A stretch of 64,000 nucleotides of DNA from Lytechinus pictus. Taxonomy: Eukaryota. The stretch covers positions 16,246,001 to 16,310,000 of the forward strand of contig NC_087252.1 of NCBI RefSeq assembly GCF_037042905.1, written 5' to 3'. Made by a program: the position numbers and the translations under genes. The notes under the pieces are model-generated. The model was not told the DNA's origin and searched no databases. It saw nothing but the letters and a program-made list of their open reading frames with translations. Positions 27,991 through 40,705 of this stretch are shown here, piece after piece; within the stretch, counting starts at the first letter, position 1; each line of letters begins with the position of its first letter.

Positions 27991-28731
27991 CTCGCTACCC
28001 CAAATAGGAACAAAAATCTCATAATGCGCGAGACGAGATAATTTTCACTCCGTCGGGTCGTCATCACCACTTCCGGTTTAGAGTCATGCTCGCGCGAGGT
28101 TCGCGATACTGAGTTTTCCACCACGCAGAAATCGATGCCAATCAGCGTAATATGTACAGAGTATAATACTTTTTATTACATTTGGTCAGTTTTGATTCCA
28201 TTTGAATTATAAATAAAAATAAAAAATTTATTTCACGTGAAAATAATTTTTATTCATGTTTTTATTTGGTTATAAAAAAATCAAACAAATAATGAATATC
28301 TTAAAATTTTGCATTTAGCGACCGGCCTGACATCACGATCGTATTCAACTAGACGCTAAATATATACAGCATTCATTTCGTTCAATTTTTCGTCGACCAC
28401 AAAATGGATAAAAATCAGTTTCGTAACTTAAAAAAATCTTAACTGACAGATGAATACCGTGCAATGGAAAGCGTTGGGCAGAATTAGTGACTTTAGCAGA
28501 AAAGGCTGTAAAACTGTTAGACTGTACCGTGAAAGAGAGGGTTGTGATCACGAACTTTCCGAGCGAAAGCGACGTTGTGTTGTGCATGACGGCACTGTTG
28601 ATCTGAATGGCAAAACAGTGCATTGGACTTCCGAACAGGAAGTTGTAATACCGAAAAAGCTATCCCATAATGCAATGCACGTTACAGGGATTTTCCCGGA
28701 TCTCGGCGAAATCGCTATTTGGGGTAGCGAG
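27991..28731. mobile_element. Sola1-like MITE near the right end of the Kolobok-like element
   Basis: 17-bp perfect TIR ctcgctaccccaaatag / ctatttggggtagcgag, AATT on both flanks. Confidence 0.85.
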
Positions 28732-28899
28732 AATTCGGGACTTCTCATCTATTTTATTTTTTTGGAAAAACAAAACAGTACATTCTGGCCAATCCAGGCA
28801 TTGTTAGGAATCAGAACTTGTATATCAATATTGCGGAAAGCAAAGCGCGAAATATATTTAAAAAAATTGAATTAAACCAATGTCACAATTTACCTTTAA

Positions 28900-30860
28900 A
28901 TATCCTTGATCAGTGTGTACCCTCCAAAATGTCTTCGACCAGATACAGCCAACCCTGGATTAACTCAAATATCAAGAGGTTGTCAAGAAGGAAGAAACGG
29001 AGTTACAAGAAAGCGAGAATGACAAAGAACAACCATGATTTTTTGCGATACAAGCAACTCCAAAAAGAGTGCAAGCAGGCTTGTAAAGTAGCATACAGTG
29101 ACTACATTACCAACATTGTCAGCCCAGAATGCTCCTCAAATCCAAACATATTTTGGAGTTTCATCAACAGCAAGAAGTGCGACAACAATGGTGTCTCCAC
29201 TTTATTTTCTCCAAACAACGGAATGGTGTCTGACAGTTCTACTAAAGCTAGTCTTCTCAATAAACAATTTTCTTCAGTTTTCAATGGAAACGAAGACATC
29301 ACCAGCATACCACAGAAAGGTCCCAGTCCTTACAAGAGTATGGAACCCATTGATGTGTCACCAGCAGGGGTTTACAAGCTCCTACACGATTTGAACCCAC
29401 ACAAAGCTTCTGGACCTGACATGATTCCAGCGCGGCTCTTGAAAGAACTTGCACTTGAGTTAACACCAATCTTTGTTCACTTCTATCAGGCGTCCCTTAA
29501 TCAAGGTACCATTCCTGAAGATTGGAAGAAAGGAAACATTGTCCCAGTCTTTAAGAAGGGTGATAGATCGCTGCCAGAGAACTACAGACCTGTATCACTC
29601 ACTTCGATAGTATGCAAAACCTTAGAACATATTGTGTGTAGCAGCATCATGAAACACCTGGACTTGCATCATACACTATCTGATGCCCAACATGGCTTCC
29701 GGAAAAGGAGATCCTGTGTAACACAGTTAGTTAAATTTGTTGATGATCTTGCTTCAACAATCGACAGGAGAGGACAAACTGATGCAATCTTGTTAGATTT
29801 TTCCAAGGCGTTTGACAAAGTTCCACATCAAAGACTGCTGTACAAGGTTGGGTACTATGGTATAAGGGATGAAGTACATCTTTGGCTTGCTGACTTTTTG
29901 TCTCAACGCAGTCAACGAGTTGTTATTGATGGAGCAACATCAGAACCAGCAACTGTCCTCTCAGGAGTACCGCAGGGGAGTGTCGTCGGTCCTTTGCTCT
30001 TTCTCCTGTACATAAATGACTTGCCAGATTATGTGACCAATGGCTCTTCAGTTCGTCTTTTTGCTGACGACTGTGCCCTATACCATCCCATCAGTTCACG
30101 AGAAGACGCCGAAGATCTGCAGCTTGATCTTGATGCTCTGCAGCAATGGGAGAGGGACTGGGGTATGACATTCCATCCCGGAAAGTGCCAGGTTTTACAC
30201 ATTACAAGGAAGAAAAATTTTCCACACAACAGGTACTTCATCCACGGCCAAGGTCTGGAATAAAAAGGTAATGCCAAATACCTCGGCATAACCTTTAGCA
30301 ATAATCTAAGTTGGAACGCCCATGTAGACTCCATTACCAAGAAAGCAAATAATACCAGATGTTTTCTGCAAAGAAATCTCACAAGCTGTCCAAGAAACAC
30401 TAAGGTCATTTGTTACAAGATGCTCCTGAGGCCAATAATGGAGTATGCATCTGAGATCTGGGACCCATTCACACAGTCAAAAATCAGAAATCTGGAAATG
30501 ATACAACACAGGTACGCACGCTATGTTTGTCACGACTACCGAACTACAAGCAGCATTTCTGCTATGCTTCGACAACTACAGTGGCAAACCCTTCAAGAGC
30601 GTAGGGCCCAAGCCAAGACTCTACTAATGTATCGCATCATTAATAATCTTGTAGACGTCAAGCAACAACTGAAACACTCATCCTTCAAATCCCGAGGTCA
30701 TTCTCAAAAACTCATGATTCCATTTGCAAATACGGAATGTTACAAAAATTCCTTCTTTCCTGCCACTGTCAGGTTATGGAATTCCCTACCTCAGGACGTC
30801 GTAGACAGCACCTCAGCAAACATATTCAAGAGTGAGGTGCAACATGTCAGACTATGTTAG
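28900..30860 (+). pseudogene. 3' half of the same CR1-group LINE polyprotein: reverse transcriptase and C-terminal domain
   Basis: NYRPVSLTS, QHGFRKRRSC, LDFSKAFDKV, GVPQGSVVGPLLFLLYINDL, FADD, KYLG. One in-frame stop at 30261-63, then the same frame continues to 30860. Confidence 0.95.
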
Positions 30861-31021
30861 TCTGCATTTGTTTGTAAATATGTAAATATTATATATATGT
30901 TGGCTTTTTTTTTACCACAACTTCAACGGCGGATACTCAGCACTCAGCATTCAAGTCCACAATACAGTACGACAATACACCACAGGTGGTATGTACTTAT
31001 ATAGGAAGAAGAAGAAGAAGA
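30861..31021 (+). mobile_element. LINE 3' UTR with (GAA)n tail
   Basis: Follows the RT stop and ends in gaagaagaagaagaaga. Confidence 0.8.
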
Positions 31022-31369
31022 CACGGTAAGCTCCTGGGCTCCCGCCCGCTGCGCGGGCGGGAGTTCCCTGGGTTACCCGCAAACCAGCATTGCATTGCCA
31101 TTGGCATCGCACAATTGAATCGCTAAGTTAGTTTCCAATCTCTCTTTAACAAATCAGACTCTTCCTTCCTCAAACCACAATCACAAGGAGCTTAACACAT
31201 AATGAACTTTAGGCTGTTCCCAAATATAGTCCTACCACGTTAACGCAAAAAAAAGCACGAAATTGGTGTTTCTCTGCCGGAGACGACTCAGTCAATCTGC
31301 CACATAGCTAGAGATGTATACGTAATTAGTATAGACCAACGAACGTAGAGGGCAGCAACACACAAGCGT

Positions 31370-32496
31370 GTTGCTCTAAGGAAGGTCAACTCCGCTCGAA
31401 TTTTGTGACCACTTTAAAAAATAAGGTGGGGTTTTGGGAAATTTGTCGAGTTGATTTTTTTTCTTTTGTTAATTTCAAATATTTTTTAATGAACAATTAT
31501 TAGATCGGTTATTCTGGGTATAAATATTAAAAATATTACTTTTATTTTTAAAGAAAATATTTAGCTTAAATAATCATGATTTTGACATTTTTCCTCATTT
31601 TGGAATATTAAGTCTGTGACGAGGATACCTCATATCTCTTATTTTCTTCTGCTGAATTTCGCTGCACCACTAATAAATGCATAGACAACCACCGTAATAA
31701 TCGAGGTCATTTTTCTGGCCTGGGTGCGCCGAGTCTGGGCCGGTCGCGCAGCTAGCTAGTGACGTTGATGATGCGCTGGGGCTTCAGGCGACTCGTCATA
31801 GATCTAGCAACTTAGACAATGACGTCTAATTTGCCTGGCCTGATTTGAAGTGTAATGGCTTCAGGGCTGATGTTTATCAACGATGATTGTTCAAGGTTAG
31901 ATTTCAAATTTTAAATGTCATTTGACTTTTAAGTCTATAAATCTGAAATAAAGGCGCTGTATCCCCGAAATCCGGGTCTAAATTTCAACTCTGAGTCCGA
32001 GACCATGGCATGGACGGCGAAAAAACAACCCATGCATCGGATGCATTGCATTAGCTGCGCGCTGCGCTGCAGCTGCACTGTGATGATGGGTTCAGCGAAG
32101 AGCTCAGAGAAAATAAGGTGGTTATATTCTATCCCGAAATGCTTTGCGAGTGGTCACAAAATCGTCTCGACGCAAATCACCTAATACAGCCGTCTGGTGA
32201 AATCGCTGATAACAACAATCACCGATTTGGTAATGATTTTAGTGTCCTGAAACTTATATTTGTAAAGTTTTAAATATCAAAGTATGTTTTTATATGTACG
32301 TATATTCCTCAACATATTTTTAAAGTTATCTTTGATATTGTTGTAGTCATAATCTTTCATATTCGTTTTTTGATCGCTACTAATTTGTTGTTGTATTAGA
32401 TCGGTATTTGATTTCGTTGGCATGAACAATAAAATACGCGCGCAGCTCAGCTGCATGCGCGTATCGAGTTGACCTTCCTTAGAGCAACACGCTTGT
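31370..32496. mobile_element. 1.1-kb insertion X in the left TIR of the 9.4-kb element
   Basis: Perfect 31-bp inverted repeat 31362-31392 / 32466-32496. This segment is absent from the matching right TIR. Confidence 0.85.
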
Positions 32497-32523
32497 CAGA
32501 GTTATCAATAGACAGAGTGGCGA

Positions 32524-33256
32524 AACCGGAAGTGTGCTCTGATTGGTCCGATATTTCATGGAGCCCCAATTAGTTCCCTCTGGCATATTTTCTGCGCTTG
32601 TGATCTTCTGCTTAGTGCATGTCTCCGGAAATTTCAATAAACTACACGTTTTCTCACATTTAGTGATTAAATACCTCGACACTTTCAACTCATGGATATA
32701 TTTTCTAGACGCCAATGTGAGTACTTTAACATATAAAGTAAACTTTTTGGAGATACATCTGGTGTTATTTTGCGTAAATCGGCTTCCAAAATAATGTCGA
32801 AAAAAGTGTTTGGTAAGAGAGAAAAATTGAATTTTTTCAAGTTTTGTGTAATCATGTTTTGCACAAATTACCTCAACGTGTTGAAAATAGTGTTTATCAA
32901 TGACTGTCAAGGTTGAATGATCTTTTAACATGTTGTTTCATGTTATTTTTGGGGAAATCCATTTATTTTCTACCAAAAACAGTTCATAAAATTTAGCATA
33001 TGGGACTACCCTTCATAAGACCCTAGCCAAAGATAAGGAGCTGCGCCGCCCGAGCTTTCGGCGGCGGAAACCTTAGCCCACTCTATAGGCCGTAGGCGGT
33101 TAATTGCAGGGATGGCGCCACCAACTCAACGGGTGAAGGCACTTTTCAACTAAGTCTAAGACTAAGTTATATTAGACAGGAATAACCGTCGTTTCTGGGA
33201 TTTTATTCAACAATTCCTGACATTTTACTATAATCCCCATTTATGTATTGGTGAGT
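32524..33256 (+). promoter_or_regulatory. Candidate promoter and first exons directed into the 9.4-kb element
   Basis: accggaagtg (ETS-like) and gattgg (reverse CCAAT) just inside the TIR. Donor-like gtgagt at ~32717 and 33251, acceptor-like ttagacag at ~33179. Confidence 0.3.
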
Positions 33257-34149
33257 GAGCCAACACAGTTCAGCGGAACAACCAAAACACAGACTGACAG
33301 AGACTGAATGAAGCTTTTGGTCTAAAGTTAGATCTACTAGTCTTACTCTTAATCTGAATTTTACTAATATATAGATGGAAATATCCCATTAGAGAGGAAA
33401 GTATCCCTATATATATTTAGACTATTTTGTTATTAAGGCCAGAGTGTTAAAACTCCTGATTTTAGAAAACCCGTATGCCTAGGTCTAATTTAGACCCTGA
33501 CATGCCTAAGACTAGAGTTAATATTAAGACTGAAGGCAGCACTGCATGCAGTGCAGTTGAGTTGTTACATTAAAATTTTTAATCTAACAAAGGAACTGCA
33601 GTGCTCGAGTAAATTTACTCTGGACTAGGGTCTAGTGAAAATCTATAGTAGATGTAGATGTATCTAGTCCTAGTAGATAAAAAATCTAAGTCCAAGACCA
33701 GAGCTTACCTATCAAGACAGCCAGTGATTCAATTAAGATTACTTTATTAATGCAAACAGAAGAAATGATAATTCAAAGTGCTTTGACCTGTGTCCTCACA
33801 AGCAATAATGGATCTACATGTACAAATATAAGATTTGCTGCATGCATGGACCTAGTAGGTCCATGCTGCATGTAACCCATCTGTGTTTGGTGTGTGGTGA
33901 TTTTCATGAGTTCATCTAGCTATTACTATGTTAGTACAAGTTCAGGGCCTATACTGACAGTACTCACTACCGTACCTTTATTCACTCATAGAGTACGTTA
34001 GCTTTGTGTGATAAATTCAATATGTGTTAACGTATGTATATGCTTTGACCTTATAACTGTGACAACAATACTTGCTTGGACTGATGAGGAAAATGGCACA
34101 GGTCTAATAGTCACATTATGGATTATCTGCTGGTTATTGTACTTGCTCA

Positions 34150-34490
34150 CTAATTTTGTTATCATAATGGCATGTGTTTTCAAAGGTCATGCAATTAAGG
34201 TAATGACTTCAGTGACTACAAGTTTTAAGCATCAACTTTGGAAACAACTAGCTGAACAGAGTCCTGGGAACAGAATTTATTCATTTCATAGACTGTAATC
34301 AATAATTATCATTGTTTTCTGGGGTTGCCACGCAGTCAAGCTTAGCTTAAAGTGGCAACCCCTGCAACCTTCTAAAAATCATATTTGGTTTTATGTCATT
34401 TGTGTTTTCTGATCTGTTTTATTTATTGTAATTATTGTATTATAATTTTTTTGGGAAAAATGAATTAATAAATAAATGAAATGAAAAATA
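34150..34490 (+). mobile_element. Decayed L2-type LINE 3' end
   Basis: Stem-loop ggggttgccac...caagcttagctt...gtggcaacccc (34321-62), tail aataaatgaaatgaaa, upstream IK...SFKHQLWKQL-like peptide. Confidence 0.5.
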
Positions 34491-35823
34491 TCAATATGTA
34501 TTAATATAAAATACAATTTGTTCAATGTTTTGCTTGTCAGTTATTCGCATATTATTATTGTATTTTCTTTGTTAATGTGTTTATGAAAAAGTGTTGCTGA
34601 AACCAATAAATGAAATGAAATGAAATATCTTAGCTGATAATGTTTTAAAACAATTTATCAAGGAATAAATGTTAACACAATCAGAACCTAATGCAAATTT
34701 CGAACTTAAGTAAAATATATGTTCATTCCCCTTTGTAATAATTGTGCAATTTTGATAGAATGAACAACTTTATATTGATATCAATATTATGCATAATTGT
34801 TTTTTTATTTTCATAAATTTGTCATGGTATTTTCCTTTTTTTCCACAAATGCATCATGTCATTGGGACTACTGTATTACATTTTCAATAAAATTTCCTTG
34901 TCATCACCTTATGTTGCAGGATGTACATTTTTATTTCCATATACCCATCTTTTTTAGGTTATATCAAAATGCATTTCCATATAGTGTCTGTTATTCAAAT
35001 TTTAAATTCATTAATAAAAAATCTAGTTTATTTAAAATCGATTCAACAGCCTGAATGTCTAATTCACTGCATGTGATAATGTAAATGGGAAAATTGAAAA
35101 AATAAATTGTTCACCCTTATTCTTTTCACCAAGATGTAATTTATTTTCATTTTATTGTCATTCTAAATAGGTTGTAGGCTTATATATAGGATGTGCACGC
35201 GCAAATCAAAGTTATTTATGATTATAGTCAGTTGACCTTTAGTGGATGTGAAGGAAGGAGTGGCATAACACAATATTACAAACAAAGTATTGTTTGGATC
35301 CACCTTCTTGTGCATAGAGAAATGTATTTCTTACATGGAAATCACTTATGATATCTTATTGTTTTCTCTTTCAGATAAATCCTATCAGGTTATGCAGTCT
35401 AGTTATTTTGTCTCTCATTTTCAATATTCGTCCTTGATCCTGTTAAAGCTATATGCTTTCTGTTTTAAATATGCATTACAAGCGTTTAATTAGTTGAGAC
35501 TCTGTTTTTCTTTTTTTTTCTTTTTTTCATTACACAGTGTTACACCACACAATAGAAAGGAAGAGGGAAATCGGAGAACAGAAGAGAGAGAAAGAGAGAG
35601 ACCCAGAGATGAGAGGGGCAAAAAGAGTGATAGATAAAGGGAGGGGTATATTCACAACTAAAAAATTATTGACAGTTTCCACCATTTGCCTGAATTGTCA
35701 GATTAAATCAATCAGAGGAAATTGAAAGAACATTTTTGTTATGTGACAACTATTGCCAATCAGCAAATTCATAATCAAGTGAAATCACGATTACTATAGG
35801 AAAATAAAAAAGTGCCGAAAATA

Positions 35824-36097
35824 CACTGTAAAAAATAATTAGTAAAATTTTACCACCATGATGGTAATCATGTGTCCAACCTATTTTGGAAAGTATTTTA
35901 CCATGTTTACCCAATGCGGGAAGCATATTGTCCAGTGAGGTTAAAAAATAATCAGCAATTACTTTAGAATGGGCAAAAAAATCATCACACTGGATAAATA
36001 AAAATGCCCCAAAGAAATGCCAGATGTTAGATGGACACATAATTACCCTCCCACATGGCTTACTTTTCACCAAATTTTTCTATAGAGTGTTAGAGTG
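35824..36097. mobile_element. Small CACT-terminated MITE
   Basis: cactgtaaaaaat ... atttttctatagagtg imperfect inverted ends. Right boundary ambiguous. Confidence 0.45.
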
Positions 36098-37157
36098 TAA
36101 GAGTTTATTATATAGATAATCATTTCAGAATGAGCCAAGATGATTTCACTTAGAATAAAAACATGGCAGCTGCTGATGAAAGTTAGGATATGAACAACTA
36201 TAGATTACATTTCTTCAGATATTTACAAGATATTATGATAATGATGATAGGGCGCCACTGGTTGATCGCCCCTACTTTTTATTAAAATAGTTCAAACAAA
36301 GAAGAGAAATTAAGTAATTATACCCCTTATTTTTCGATTGATAAAAAGTTGACATAACGCTTGGGTCCTTTGTCCCCTATTAAAAAGAAGATAGTTTCAA
36401 GTTTCAAAATTTATTGATAAGAATCCACACATATTGGATCATTCTCAATATTACAAATAATACTTTTGATAGTGATGATTAGGGGGGGGGGCAACAACTG
36501 CCTCAACTTTTTTTAGTTAAAAAAGAAGAGAGAGAAAGAAAGCAGGATATTCGCCGCCCTGATGATGATGGTAATTATAACGATGACAATGATCATAACA
36601 AAAAATATTGATTTCAATGATAATAATTAATAGTGACAATATTGATCGTCATATTAATAGTAATAGTAATGAAAACAACAATAAAAAAAATAATAATTTA
36701 CCATTAACATTCCCCTTTTCGTTATACAAAACATCAAGATGAATGGTTAATTTTAATGTGACATAAAAAAGGGTAAGGTTGGTTAAATTTTTGCATAAAA
36801 ATATTCGGATTGTTGAAATTATTCGAGATCATGAAATTCGATCCGAGTACAATGTTCCTATTTCCATTATTGATTGACAGTCAGTGCAGTGAAAATAGTG
36901 TAAGCTAGGAGTTGTCACCTGGGCCCGTCCCCCTAAATCACCACAGATCAATAGCCCATTTTGTCAGGGGACTATATTAAATTATGCTTTAACTTTTAAT
37001 AAAACATATCATTTGAAAAGTCAAAATATATGCTTTTCCTTTATATTTTGTGATCACTGTACTTTTTTTGCTCCTTAATTGATTATTTTCCACGTACAAT
37101 ACCGGTGGTGTGATTACAAAATTTCAATGCAGTGATTCAGAAGAAGAAAACTGCCCC

Positions 37158-38330
37158 CAGGCCGGGTGACCAGACGTCCCGTATTTCCCGGGATGGTCCC
37201 ATATTTTGCTCCTTTGTCCGGCCCACCCCTCCCGGGACGTCTATTTTTCCCGTATTTCAGTATATTGAACAAAATGTAGTTAATACATTTAAAAGTGACG
37301 AATGTTCATCAAATAACCAATAGATAATCGATTACTAAACTTTTGCAAGTTTTTTTTTATAAAGTTTTTAAAATTATATTAAAAACACACCATATATAAT
37401 TATTATTTTTGTCAGATGGTTGTTTTTGTTTGCTGGAAGTTTGAATTTTTCCCTTTTCTTTCTTTTATATCCTTCTTTCTTCATTATTCTATCCTTCGCG
37501 CTGCTGACACTTTTTTGTTCCATCTATCTTTATTTCTTATCTTTCTTTCATGATCCTTTCTCTCGCTGTGTGTTCATTTTTCTTTCGTTGCTTTTTTCTC
37601 TTATTTGCATTCTTTATCAAATTTCCTTTTTATTATTTCCTTCTTTCTTTCTTTAAACTGTTCTTTGCTTCCTTCTCCATTTCTCTCCTTTTTTCTTTTC
37701 GTTCTTTTTCTCCTTCCATTATTTTCTCTTTTTTTATTCTTTCATCCCTTCATTCTTTCTTCCCTCTCTTTTCTCCCCAATTCTTTCATTCTTAATTTTT
37801 TTTCCTTCTTATTCCTTTCCCTTATTCTTTCTTTCCCTTTCATCCTTCTTCCTTCCTTCCCTAGCTTCCCGATCCCTTCCTGTTTTTCTTCTTTTATTGT
37901 TTCTTTCAAAGAATGAAGGAAACATTTATCTTTCCGCTCCTTTTTCTTACTTTTTTTTTTCTTTCTCTCCTTTATTTCGTCTTTCACACATTAATTTTTG
38001 TTCATCTTCCCTCCCTTTCTTTTTCTTTCTTTCTATATTCATTTCAAAGAATGACGGAAACCTTTTTCTCTCTTTTATTCTTTTTCATCCTTTTATTCTA
38101 ACTTTTTTTTTTTTTTCCTTCATTTTCCCCTTTATTTTTTTTTCTTTATTCTCAATTAATATCTTTTCCTTCTTTCGCATTTTCTTTCTCTCCTTATTTC
38201 TTTCGTTCACCCTTCCTTCCCATTCTTTATATTTTTTTCACAAGTGTATAACACTGTACATGTGTAGCCTTCTATGTTGATTATTTTGTCGATTGTCCCG
38301 TATTTCATTTTGTGAAATCTGGTCACCCTG
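37158..38330 (+). mobile_element. hAT-like non-autonomous element with CT-rich interior
   Basis: gggtgaccaga / tctggtcaccc inverted ends, tcccgtattt subterminal motifs, ctgcccc(c) duplicated on both flanks (37151, 38331). Confidence 0.75.
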
Positions 38331-38783
38331 CTGCCCCCTTCCCCCGAGTTTTCCAGTCCATTATGTCTTCAGCATCACCTTGTTAATTTTTCGTGTTCCC
38401 ATATTCCTTATTTGCCTATTTTCCTCTTTATTTCCATTTTTCATTCATCGGTGAGTAAATCAAGTCTCTATAATTCATCACATTAATTTTCAATAAAAAA
38501 GTGGAATTCATCTAGAATAATATTAATGATAATGCCAGACAAACCAAAATGGGGGATCTATCATGAAGCTCTAAACCAAAGAGAAGAAATTACATACGAT
38601 TCATTATCATTTCTTCCGGACCTAGGCTAGTTTGTCGACAATCAATTATGATAATAGCGATGATTGCCAAATAATTGCATGTGCGCGCAGAGGGAACTAA
38701 TCAGCCCCCCATGGCTGACCTTTGACCGCGCGTATCCTGTTTTCAGTGCGCGTGTCGCCACTCTGTCTATTGATAACTCTGAC

Positions 38784-39683
38784 GGTGTCACGCGCGTAAA
38801 ACATTCCCCATAGACTTGTGTGTTAAAATGGCACTTTTGAAAAATTCATAAAAAATAAATGTGAAATTAGAGGGTGGAATGTTTACTACCAATGGATAGG
38901 ATATATATCTGACATTCCAAATCTGACCAGGAAAGGGTACCGTAGCCAGCTCATTTTAAAAACAAATCGCCATTTATGAAGATAACTATGAATCGATCGA
39001 ATTCATCAACTGAAACAGTAAAATAGCCCTAATTATTCCGCCAGTCAAAAAATAGTTCCAAGTCACTTATTTATCTTCCCAATTTGGGCGAAGTAAGTTC
39101 AGTAGTTACCATTTCTAGAATCAGTGTTAGATTTTGAATCACATTCATACATTTTTGTCAATCAGCAATATCAAATTGACAAAAATTCGAATGGGTTGGG
39201 TCGAACGAATATCTTTAGCCCTCCTGATGTAATTAGGCTCGTGGAACCTATATTATATGACATATGTATTTTATTTTTTTGAATAGCTACTTTGCTATTC
39301 TTTTATATCTGTACACTCACACTAGCACAAAGAAATGCATTGAAAATGCCTATTTTCTATGCAATGACCCATTTTAATGTGTTACCCATACATGTTATTT
39401 TCACTATATATGGATGTATACAAATCCTACCTGCATAGAGCCCAACAGTGAATGCAATGACAATATAGGTCCCTATCAATTGTAATATAAAGGTGTATGT
39501 AAATTCTGTGTAGATATCAGGATACCAGAACTGCCCCAAACATAATTACCAAATATACATGAGATTGGATGAGGAAACAATAAAATAATGAGATACTACT
39601 TTATTATATTTGCATTTGACCTATTCAAAATCTTCCTAGGGCTGTTGCCTCTAAGATGTAAGAAGTATAATATATACATACAT

Positions 39684-39714
<31 letters not shown>

Positions 39715-40705
39715 AAGATAATTTTATAAATGACATGGTTTAATAAAGAGGGGGGGGGGGGGCTATACTAAGATTGCAGCACACAGCAGCCCCCCCCCTC
39801 CCTCCTTAGCTGAGCACTATTAGATACCTTACCTTACTCTGTGCCCTTTTCTAAATACCTTCTTGAAGGTACCACTCTAGTTCTCTTCAGTAAAGTTTTT
39901 AAAGTTCTATCTCCTCTCTACCTACCCCCTTCCTAAGAACAATTTTAACATGAGCAATTTCTAAAGGTCTTTCTAATGCTAAGTAGGTGATGTACACTAA
40001 CACAAAACAATGATAAATCAGAACATAAAGAGGCCTTGACTCTATACATTGCCCAATCTACATACATCCCTAGGCTACACAGACCTACTAACTTTACCTG
40101 ATGTAGCTCTGCTAGCCATTAAATCCATTTTTTGCACCACTTGATGACTAAACATATTGATATCAGTGAGAAATTGTTTGCTACTGAAGAGTTTGGCCAG
40201 GTATTCCATCCACTACTAGGGATTTCTCATATTACTTACAGGTGTCACGCGCGTAAAACATTCCCCATAGACTTGTGTGTTAAAATGGCACTTTTGAAAA
40301 ATTCATAAAAAATAAATGTGAAATTAGAGGGTGGAATGTTTACTACCAATGGATAGGATATATATCTGACATTCCAAATCTGACCAGGAAAGGGTACCGT
40401 AGCCAGCTCATTTTAAAAACAAATCGCCATTTATGAAGATAAATATGAATCGATCGAATTCATCAACTGAAACAGTAAAATAGCCCTAATTATTCCGCCA
40501 GTCAAAAAATAGTTCCAAGTCACTTATTTATCTTCCCAATTTGGGCGAAGTAAGTTCAGTAGTTACCATTTCTAGAATCAGTGTTAGATTTTGAATCACA
40601 TTCATACATTTTTGTCAATCAGCAATATCAAATTGACAAAAATTCGAATGGGTTGGGTCGAACGAATATCTTTAGCCCTCCTGATGTAATTAGGCTCGTG
40701 GAACC
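38784..40705. mobile_element. 1.9-kb non-coding element Y with 465-bp long terminal direct repeats (KolobokP-like or compound-transposon architecture)
   Basis: 38784-39248 and 40241-40705 differ at one base that I could find. Each repeat has GG...CC imperfect inverted ends. TGAC is duplicated only outside the whole unit (38780-83 / 40706-09). Confidence 0.92.

Larger units (their letters stand above)
9875..28895. mobile_element. 19.0-kb non-autonomous Kolobok-like DNA transposon inserted in the LINE
   Basis: TTAA duplicated at 9871-74 and 28896-99. Termini AGG...CCT with 16/21 imperfect TIR. Removal restores the LINE frame (DIKTSLL-NILDQCVPSK). Confidence 0.9.

Noticed and set aside
9875..28895. 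piggyBac assignment based on the TTAA TSD
   Set aside because: Termini are AGG...CCT rather than CC...GG, and no piggyBac transposase is present.
28818..28899. N-terminus of the 481-aa RT ORF as listed in the ORF track
   Set aside because: These codons are the transposon's right end read in frame by chance. The true upstream sequence ends at 9874.
37420..38280. Phe/Leu/Ser-rich 'membrane protein' ORFs (also 2927-3361, 5633-6213, 41984-43136, 49819-50418)
   Set aside because: These are translations of CT-rich low-complexity or microsatellite DNA.
38784..40705. LTR retrotransposon or TRIM
   Set aside because: Repeats end GG...CC with internal TIRs rather than TG...CA, and no PBS or PPT was seen.
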